64,000 nucleotides of DNA. Origin: a bacterium. GTDB lineage: Bacteria > JAAXHH01. The stretch is from contig OZ241920.1 of the NCBI GenBank assembly GCA_965203885.1, positions 3,231,970 to 3,295,969 of the forward strand, written 5' to 3'. A program made the translations under genes and the position numbers. The notes beneath the pieces are model-generated. The model worked only from the letters and a program-made list of their open reading frames with translations. It ran no database searches and was not told where the DNA came from. Positions 8,000-14,624 of the stretch are shown in pieces (position 1 is the first letter of the stretch; each line of letters begins with the position of its first letter).

Positions 8000-8162
8000 C
8001 TGATCGCCGCTCCAATCTCGATGAACGTTTGGGCCTATCGCGTCATCGAATACGCATCCCCGGGCAGGGCGGTGCCGAAATCCGACGACCGTCATCTAAT
8101 GCATGATATGTCATAGCGTCTATGAAATACAACAAAAAACCCCGGCCCGGTTTCGCAATGGG

Positions 8163-8666
8163 TCACGGCCCCTCCCAGGGCCGTATCCTCGGTATCCAGC
8201 GCGGCACGTTCTCTTTGTACAGCCGGTAGGCGTCGCCGAACCGGCGCTCGAGGCCCGGCTCCTCGTGGAACGGGAAATAGATCGCGCACACCAGGAAAAA
8301 CACGCCCATCCAGCCCGCGAGGTGCCAGGAGCCGAAGAGCAGGGCTTCGGCGCCGAGGATGAGCACCATGCCCGAATTCATGGGGTTGCGCACGTGGCGG
8401 TAGGGACCGAGGACGACCAGCTTCTCGGGCGGCGCCCACGGCGCCGGCGTGCCCTTGCCGACCCGGTCGAACAGCGTCATGGTCCAGACCGCCAGGAACA
8501 GGCCGTCCACCGCCATGGCGATCCCGATCCAGAACCGGACCTGCGCGGGTTCCGCCGGCGACAGTGCGCCCGGCGTGCCGGCCGCCACCCACAGAATCGC
8601 GCCCGGGACGTAGATCGTAGCCGCCGCCGGGAGGAGGACGACGGCACGCGCGGTGGTCCACTTCAT
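8163..8666 (-). CDS. Isoprenylcysteine carboxyl methyltransferase / phospholipid methyltransferase family membrane protein
   Basis: GPYRHVRNPMNSG motif plus multiple TM helices, typical of the ICMT/PEMT class. Confidence 0.7.
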   Translation of the reverse strand: MKWTTARAVVLLPAAATIYVPGAILWVAAGTPGALSPAEPAQVRFWIGIAMAVDGLFLAVWTMTLFDRVGKGTPAPWAPPEKLVVLGPYRHVRNPMNSGMVLILGAEALLFGSWHLAGWMGVFFLVCAIYFPFHEEPGLERRFGDAYRLYKENVPRWIPRIRPWEGP

Positions 8667-8805
8667 ACGCGGGATATCCTTTGATCACACCACTTGCCGT
8701 ACAACCGGCAGACCGGTACCATTCCGCGCCACCCCTTAGCCATCCGCCGAGGATTCTTCAGCCTGCCGCGGCCATCCTCCGCGTCCGTCCGGCCCCGCCA
8801 TCCCT

Positions 8806-9663
8806 TCACCCTCCCCCCGACACGCCCCTGAGCCGGTCCCATTCCGCCAGGTACGCGGCCAGGTGTCCGTTCTCCGGGGATTGCGCCTTCTCCTCGAGCA
8901 TGGACCGCACCAGGTCCTGTTCGTCCCGGTACTGATCGTCGTTGAAGAACCCGGCGAAATGGGCGATCCGCAGCCATACGAGGTAGGTCGTCACGGCGTC
9001 GTGCTGGTTGTACTGCGCGATGCGCCGGATATCGCCGTCGAGCCAGGACTCGGCCACGCTGCCGCCGTCGAAACCGTCCATCTTGCCCGGTATGCCCGAG
9101 AGCACCGACATCTCCTTGAGGGAAGGGCGCGCCTTGCCCCACTCTCCGATGGCCGTCATCAGGTCCACGTTCCACTCGCTCGCCCGCGAGAAGTAGTCGT
9201 AGCCTTCCCAGGGCTTGTCCGGCCGCTTGCAGAACCCCGGCGCGGTGATGCCCTTGATGATCCCGCGCTGGATGATGATCGGCAGGTCCGATCCCGAGGA
9301 ATTGAAGCCGACGAGCTGGGGCAGGCGGCGGCCCACGCTCTCCAGGAACCGGGACAGGATCGTGGCTTCGTCGCAGTCGTCGGGGTTTTCGGGGTCCCGG
9401 GGCTGCACGCGCAGGCCGACCGATACCCCGCCCCCGGGTTCCTCGCTCCGGGTCACCATGGCGATGGAGACCAGGCGGGACATGGCGTACTTGAGGAAGG
9501 GCCGCGGCGCTTCCTCCGTGGCGCCGTTTTTGCGCCACATCTCGTGGACGACTTCCCGATCGGGCATGTCGGGCGGCAGGTCGTAGAGCAGGCGTCCCGC
9601 GTCGGGGTCCGGGACCCATTCGGCGTCGAAGGCCCATACATGGTTCATTACGCTTTTGAACAT
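8806..9663 (-). CDS. DEDDy 3-prime-5-prime exonuclease of the PolB-exonuclease-like family (COG3298-type)
   Basis: Exo I FDAEW, Exo II FNSSGSDLP, Exo III YNQHD motifs in the expected order and spacing. Confidence 0.55.
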   Translation of the reverse strand: MFKSVMNHVWAFDAEWVPDPDAGRLLYDLPPDMPDREVVHEMWRKNGATEEAPRPFLKYAMSRLVSIAMVTRSEEPGGGVSVGLRVQPRDPENPDDCDEATILSRFLESVGRRLPQLVGFNSSGSDLPIIIQRGIIKGITAPGFCKRPDKPWEGYDYFSRASEWNVDLMTAIGEWGKARPSLKEMSVLSGIPGKMDGFDGGSVAESWLDGDIRRIAQYNQHDAVTTYLVWLRIAHFAGFFNDDQYRDEQDLVRSMLEEKAQSPENGHLAAYLAEWDRLRGVSGGG

Positions 9664-9682
9664 GGTGTGGTCTCTCGTGTTT

Positions 9683-9760
9683 TTTCGGCCAGTTCGTGTA
9701 TATCCGGCCGGTTCGTGTTCATCCGGCCAGTTCGCATTTATCCGGCCAGTTCGTGTTTAA
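9683..9760. repeat. Four tandem 19-bp direct repeats (ATCCGGCCAGTTCGTGTT), 20-95 bp upstream of the exonuclease start
   Basis: tttcggccagttcgtgtat / atccggccggttcgtgttc / atccggccagttcgcattt / atccggccagttcgtgttta. Confidence 0.8.
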
Positions 9761-9923
9761 CCGGAAGGTGTGAACGCTTATCCGATTCGGCGCAGCTTTG
9801 TGGAGGAGCCGCTCGAGTCCGGGCCGAGAACCGGTGCCGGCCGCTGGGACGCGCATATGCCCGGTGCGGGAGGCGTCCCTGCCCGGTGTGGGAGGCGTCC
9901 CTGACCCGCTCGAGTCCGGGCTG

Positions 9924-10319
9924 CTACTCGAGCAACGCCACGCCCTCCTGCCGGGCGGCGTTCCGATCGAAAGTATACAATGGAAGGGCTTCAACCCGTT
10001 CGGCCGCGGCCCGGATCATCAGACCGGAAAACCCGGCGCCACCGTCCCTGTAGCGGAAAGCCGCCGTCGCGACGTCGTCCGCGGCCTCCATCACGAGGAC
10101 CTCCGTCGAGACCAGGTCGTCGAGCACATCGGCGATCCGGTCGCGGTCGAAGCCGTATGCGCGCTCCAGGACGCAGACGAGCTCGACCACGACTTCCCGG
10201 CCGATGAATCCCGGTTCCTCAACCGTAAGCGACGTCAGCAGTACGTGGGCCGCCGCGGCCTGTCTTTCATCATCGCGAACGAGAAACCGGACAAGGACAT
10301 TGGTATCGAGCGCGATCAT
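9924..10319 (-). CDS. vapC: VapC PIN-domain ribonuclease toxin
   Basis: MIALDTNVLVRFL... with the conserved acidic residues of a PIN domain. Overlaps the vapB stop by 4 bp. Confidence 0.8.
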   Translation of the reverse strand: MIALDTNVLVRFLVRDDERQAAAAHVLLTSLTVEEPGFIGREVVVELVCVLERAYGFDRDRIADVLDDLVSTEVLVMEAADDVATAAFRYRDGGAGFSGLMIRAAAERVEALPLYTFDRNAARQEGVALLE

Positions 10320-10549
10320 TCCTCACGGGCTCCATCGGAAACCGCCTGCTCCATGTCCTCCAGCGTGACGGCGGGACCGTTGTGTTCCAGTGCGCCGAAC
10401 AGCCGTCCGATCGGGCGTACGGGCAGAATGCGCACCTCGTCTTCGCAGATCACGTAGCGGACCCTGTCGGGGCCACTGATGCCGAGCGTTTCACGTACCG
10501 CCTTGGGCAGCGTGGTCTGTCCTTTTCTGTTGATTCTGGATTCGATCAT
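10316..10549 (-). CDS. vapB: VapB antitoxin, AbrB/MazE/SpoVT-type DNA-binding fold
   Basis: 77 aa, N-terminal swapped-hairpin motif RINRKGQTTLPKAVRETLGI. Confidence 0.7.
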   Translation of the reverse strand: MIESRINRKGQTTLPKAVRETLGISGPDRVRYVICEDEVRILPVRPIGRLFGALEHNGPAVTLEDMEQAVSDGAREE

Positions 10550-10567
10550 CGCAATCCTTTCTCTGGA

Positions 10568-10680
10568 AATACGTACTTTTTGGCATTATGTCATACTTTT
10601 TTGTATTATGACGTACTTTTTCTAAAATAGCGTACTTTTAAGGCAAAAGTAAGGATTATTTGAAAATTACGTACTTTCCT
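10568..10680. promoter_or_regulatory. AT-rich region upstream of vapB with five direct copies and one inverted copy of (A)CGTACTTTT at about 19-20 bp spacing; candidate VapB operator/promoter array
   Basis: aaatacgtactttttgg, gtcatacttttttg, gacgtactttttct, agcgtacttttaagg, aaaagtaagg (inverted), ttacgtactttcc. Confidence 0.4.
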
Positions 10681-11503
10681 CCAATCGTCCGTCCGTGGAC
10701 AGGAACAGCGCGTCGCGTTCGTCCTGCGGAACGTAGGTGCCTGTGCGGCCGTCCGCGCGAATGGCCGCGCGCAGGGGACCGAGATCCCGGTCGTGGAAGT
10801 TTCTCAACAGCCGGATGTTCCGTTGCACCTCGGACGCCTCCCGCCGGGCCAGGGGCTTCTCCAGCAGCTGCCGGGTCAGGGGGACGAGCGCGTCGTGGCC
10901 GGCGCCGGACAGGAATTGTTCGAGGGAGGCCGCGACTTCGGACGTCAGGCGGCGGAACCCGGTGAGACGGGAACCGCGTATGCGTTCGTGGGGGGGAAGA
11001 TGGATGGTCCGTTCGATGTGGCCGGCCAGGCTGAGTAGATACACGAGGGCTTCGAAGGCGGCCAGCGCCCGCCTGCGCGACTTGAACGCGCCGTACCAGC
11101 GCAGGTCGAGGTCCGACCACGCGTCCACGTGGGTCGTGAAGCAGAGCAGCACCTGCTTTTCGGTGCCGCCGATTCCGATCGCCGGGTACAGGAAATCGTA
11201 CGTGCCGTCCTCGTTGTACGCCGGGCGCAGCTTGCGGATCAGCTCGTTCTCGAGCAGCAGCGCCTCGCGCTCGGAATCGCGGTGGATCACTTCAAGGGCG
11301 CTGGCCTCCCGTACCAGCGCGCGCATCTTCCGGTGCACCTTGCGCCGGGTGGCGCTGCGGTACTGCCGCAGACGGCGCCGGATGTTCCCGGCCTTGCCCA
11401 CGTAAATGACCGCGCCCTGCCCGTCCCTGAACAGGTAGACCGCCGGCGTCGAGGGCAGTTCCTCGATGAGGCGCTCGCCGAATTTGCGGTCGAACATGCG
11501 CAT
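10667..11503 (-). CDS. GIY-YIG nuclease, Cho-like (UvrC N-terminal homologue)
   Basis: PAVYLFRDGQGAVIYVGKAGNIRRRLRQY ... LLLENELIRKLRPAYN closely parallels the E. coli Cho/UvrC GIY-YIG region. ATG at 11503; the upstream 204 nt of the track ORF is rejected. Confidence 0.6.
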   Translation of the reverse strand: MRMFDRKFGERLIEELPSTPAVYLFRDGQGAVIYVGKAGNIRRRLRQYRSATRRKVHRKMRALVREASALEVIHRDSEREALLLENELIRKLRPAYNEDGTYDFLYPAIGIGGTEKQVLLCFTTHVDAWSDLDLRWYGAFKSRRRALAAFEALVYLLSLAGHIERTIHLPPHERIRGSRLTGFRRLTSEVAASLEQFLSGAGHDALVPLTRQLLEKPLARREASEVQRNIRLLRNFHDRDLGPLRAAIRADGRTGTYVPQDERDALFLSTDGRLEEST

Positions 11504-11669
11504 GGTGGAGGTACGCCTCCGGAAGAGCTCTAATTGACTGCTGTCAGCGCAGTACCCGGGTTTGAGACGGGTACTCCGCGTCTTATCCGCGCTGTATCGG
11601 TGTCTTAACCGCAACGTTACCGCGCCGCATCCGCGCCAATCTACGTCTTTTTTATGTCGTATCTGTAAA

Positions 11670-11714
11670 TGTATCGACAATGTATCGACGTCGCATCGAC
11701 GTCGCATCGACGTT
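11670..11714. repeat. Four tandem 11-12-bp repeats (GCATCGACGTC) in the divergent promoter region between the Cho-like and AbgB-like genes
   Basis: tgtatcgacaa tgtatcgacgtc gcatcgacgtc gcatcgacgtt. Confidence 0.7.
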
Positions 11715-11741
11715 GCATGGATGCCTGGCGACCGTTATAAT
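11713..11741 (+). promoter_or_regulatory. Sigma-70-like promoter TTGCAT-N17-TATAAT upstream of the AbgB-like gene
   Basis: Perfect TATAAT -10 with a 17-bp spacer and a 4/6 -35. The last ATCGACG repeat overlaps the -35. Confidence 0.35.
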
Positions 11742-11821
11742 ATACCATTGAAATCCCCTTCGACATCCCAAATCCCGCTTGCCCATTGCATACGCCGCCA
11801 ACCAGACGGAGACCCAGGACC

Positions 11822-13228
11822 ATGACCGCGGAAAAACTGATCATCGACTACGTAAACGACCAGGACGACAACCTGTCCCAAATGGCCAAGGACATCTGGG
11901 ACCATCCGCAGATCGCGTTGGAGGAGACGTACGCGTCGGCCCTGCAGGCGAAGGAGCTCGAGGCGGACGGCTTCTCCGTCGAATGGGGCGCAGGGGGGAT
12001 GTCCACGGCCTTCGTCGCCACCTGGGGCTCGGGGGATCCCGTCATCGGGTTCCTGGGCGAGTACGACGCATTGCCGGGCCTGTCGCAGACGGTGTCGGCG
12101 GAACGGGAAGTCATCGATCCGGGCGGTCCGGGCCACGGCTGCGGGCACAACCTCTTCGGCACGGCGTGCCTGGGCTCGGTGAAGGCCCTGAAGCGCGCGA
12201 TGCAGCAGGACGGCATCGGCGGCACGATCCGGTACTACGGCTGTCCCGCGGAAGAGCAGGTGGTGGGCAAGGTGCTCATGGCGAACGACGGCGCCTTCGA
12301 CGATCTCGACGCCGCCATCACCTGGCATCCCGGCGCGACGAACGTGGTCTGGAACGGTTCCTCGCTGGCGCTCAACTCGTTCAAGGTGAACTTCCACGGC
12401 GTGGCCGCCCATGCCTCGGGCGTGCCGCACCAGGGACGCAGCGCCCTCGACGGCGTGATGCTGATGGACGTGGGCATGAACTACCTCCGGGAGCACGTAA
12501 TCCCGGAGGCCCGCATCCACAGCGTGGTGACGAGCGGCGGGGAGGCGCCGAACGTGGTGCCCGCCTTTGCCCAGGTGTGGTACTACATCCGGTCGCCCAA
12601 GCGCGCCGAGGTGGACGAGATGTACGAACGGGTGCTCGACATCGCCCGGGGCGCCGCGCTGATGACCGGCACAACCCACGATATCGAGTTCATCGGAGGC
12701 GCGTACGAGGTCCTGCCGAACGGCACGATCTCCGACCTGATGCTGCGGAAGATGCAGGCCGTGAACGATCTCGCCTTCACCGCCGAGGAGCGGCGCTTCG
12801 CCCGGCAGCTCCAGGCGACGTTCCCCGATAACGCGATCCGGATGGCCTACGAACGGATGGAGAAATCGACGCAGCCGGAATCTATTGCCGAGAGTATCGA
12901 GAACCCCCTCTGGACCCAGGTGCTGCCCCATTCCGACACGCCGCCGCACGTGGAGGGTTCGACCGATGTGGGCGACGTGAGCTGGATCACGCCCACCGGA
13001 CAGATCACGACGTGCTGCTGGCCCCTGGGCACGCCGGCCCACAGCTGGCAGATGGTGGCGTCCTCCGGTTCGAGCATCGGCAGCCGGGGCATGCTCTTCG
13101 CGGCCAAGGCCCTGGCGCTGACGGGCCTCGACCTGTTGCGGGACCCGGACCTGCTCAGACGGGCCAACGAGGAATTCGACGAGGCGAGGGACGGCAAGAC
13201 GTACAAGAGCGCGCTGCCGGAGGAGTGA
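11822..13228 (+). CDS. abgB: M20D-family amidohydrolase, p-aminobenzoyl-glutamate hydrolase subunit B (AbgB)-like
   Basis: GEYDALPGLSQ, GHGCGHNLFG, YYGCPAEE and WHPG blocks align with AbgB. Start at MTAEK (11822). Confidence 0.75.
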   Translation: MTAEKLIIDYVNDQDDNLSQMAKDIWDHPQIALEETYASALQAKELEADGFSVEWGAGGMSTAFVATWGSGDPVIGFLGEYDALPGLSQTVSAEREVIDPGGPGHGCGHNLFGTACLGSVKALKRAMQQDGIGGTIRYYGCPAEEQVVGKVLMANDGAFDDLDAAITWHPGATNVVWNGSSLALNSFKVNFHGVAAHASGVPHQGRSALDGVMLMDVGMNYLREHVIPEARIHSVVTSGGEAPNVVPAFAQVWYYIRSPKRAEVDEMYERVLDIARGAALMTGTTHDIEFIGGAYEVLPNGTISDLMLRKMQAVNDLAFTAEERRFARQLQATFPDNAIRMAYERMEKSTQPESIAESIENPLWTQVLPHSDTPPHVEGSTDVGDVSWITPTGQITTCCWPLGTPAHSWQMVASSGSSIGSRGMLFAAKALALTGLDLLRDPDLLRRANEEFDEARDGKTYKSALPEE

Positions 13229-13398
13229 GGGCCTGCGGGAGCGAAGGTCCGATGGGTGAGGATCTGACAGGCCGAGGATCAGATCGTTTAGGCCCGGACG
13301 GGTGAGGCCTGCGGGAGCGCGCTGCCGGAAGGCTTTGGGACGAATTGGCCAGGACTGACGAGGTACGGACTGGCGAGGACCGGATTTATGAGGACCGG

Positions 13399-14220
13399 AT
13401 GACGATTACCATTCCGAAGGTGGATATACCCCAGGATGCCGGCGACCGGTACCGGCGCGACGGCTTCTATCTCGCTCCGCCCATCATCCCAGCCGATCTG
13501 ATCGAGCGCGTGACCGAGAGCATGGACCGGGTCATGGCCGGCGAGTACGAGACCGGGGAACCTCCGCGCCGATCGTGGAACCCCGGCGACGACCCGAAGC
13601 GCATCCGCAAGATCGACCAGGCGCACCTGTCGGACCGTACGATCTACGAACTGGCCTCGCACCCGGAGATCGGCCGCTGGGCGGCGGCCCTGCTGGGCGC
13701 GGAACGGGTCCAGCTCTGGGCGTCCCAGATGCTCTACAAGCCGCCGGCCGGCCCGGGCGGCTCGGGCGGTTCGAGCGTCGGGGTGACGGGCAACGTCGGG
13801 TGGCACCAGGACAAGCAGTACTGGAAATTCCTGGACGGCGAGCTGTACACGGCGTGGGTCGCCGTGAGCGACGTGACCGGGGAGTCCGGGCCCATGCGGT
13901 TCCTGCGGGGTTCGCACCGGTGGGGCCTGCTGGACAGCGGCGACTTCTTCGGGCACGACCACGAAGCCCAGCGAAAGGGCATCCCCGTGCCGGAGGGAGA
14001 AGCCTGGGACGAGGTCGAGGCGGTCCTGCCGCCCGGCGCGGTCAGTTTCCATGACCGCCACACCTACCATGCCAGCGGGCCGAATGTATCGAACGCGCCG
14101 CGCCGGAGTTTCGCCTTCCACCTGCGGACCGAGCACGCACGGCCGGTCGAAGGGCGGGACGACTACTACGTGCAGCACCTGGACGATCCCGCCTATTGTC
14201 CGGTGCTGTACGAGGCGTGA
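13399..14220 (+). CDS. Phytanoyl-CoA dioxygenase (PhyH) family Fe(II)/2-oxoglutarate oxygenase
   Basis: WHQD (HxD) motif and PhyH-type N-terminus RRDGFYL. First ATG at 13399 with GAGGA 4 nt upstream (track start is TTG). Confidence 0.7.
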   Translation: MTITIPKVDIPQDAGDRYRRDGFYLAPPIIPADLIERVTESMDRVMAGEYETGEPPRRSWNPGDDPKRIRKIDQAHLSDRTIYELASHPEIGRWAAALLGAERVQLWASQMLYKPPAGPGGSGGSSVGVTGNVGWHQDKQYWKFLDGELYTAWVAVSDVTGESGPMRFLRGSHRWGLLDSGDFFGHDHEAQRKGIPVPEGEAWDEVEAVLPPGAVSFHDRHTYHASGPNVSNAPRRSFAFHLRTEHARPVEGRDDYYVQHLDDPAYCPVLYEA

Positions 14221-14395
14221 TTTGCAAGGGCGCGGCTCTGAAACGTCGCGGCGGAAGGGCGGCGGCGCGGAAAGGGAAGCGGCTCGGCTCGATGGGCATC
14301 GGCACGGCTCGGCGCGGAGGCGGCGGCACGGCGGGGAAGCGTAAACGGAATGGGTACAGGATATTGATCACTGTGCCGGAAAGGGGTTGCCTGGT

Positions 14396-14590
14396 ATGAG
14401 CGGAATACTGGACGCAGTGTTAGTTACGGCACTAATGTTAGTGGGCAATTTTCTCTTCATCACGGGCATGCTCGCCATGTCCGGCGGCCACAACATGCAT
14501 CGCATCGGGCTGTCCACCCCCCGGCGCGGCATGATCGCCCTGATCGTGGGCGTAATCTTGTTTACCTCTGGGCTTTCCGAATTAAACTGA
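14396..14590 (+). CDS. Small hypothetical membrane protein (two TM helices) upstream of lhr
   Basis: [31 protein letters not shown]...[14 protein letters not shown]. No other support. Confidence 0.3.
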   Translation: MSGILDAVLVTALMLVGNFLFITGMLAMSGGHNMHRIGLSTPRRGMIALIVGVILFTSGLSELN

Positions 14591-14624
14591 CATTCCCCGG
14601 GCACCAGCACCTTTCAGAAAACCC

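Noticed and set aside
8663-10053. Long ORFs 8663-9637 (-), 8863-10053 (+) and 9798-10457 (+) overlapping the exonuclease and vapC
   Set aside because: They are alternative-frame or antisense reads of well-supported genes, Arg/Gly/Pro-rich, with no motifs.
11540-11575. E. coli-type SOS box CTG-N10-CAG upstream of the Cho-like gene as a firm LexA site
   Set aside because: It fits only the minimal CTG-N10-CAG pattern and differs from the strong palindrome in lexA's own promoter. It is kept only as a weak possibility inside a finding, not as a feature.
14221-14370. Purine/G-rich tract (ggcggaagggcggcggcgcggaaagggaagcgg...) as a G-quadruplex or coding region (ORF 14196-14399)
   Set aside because: It has no clear four-run G3+ pattern, and the ORF is Gly/Arg low complexity. 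It is most likely plain intergenic sequence upstream of the small membrane ORF and lhr.
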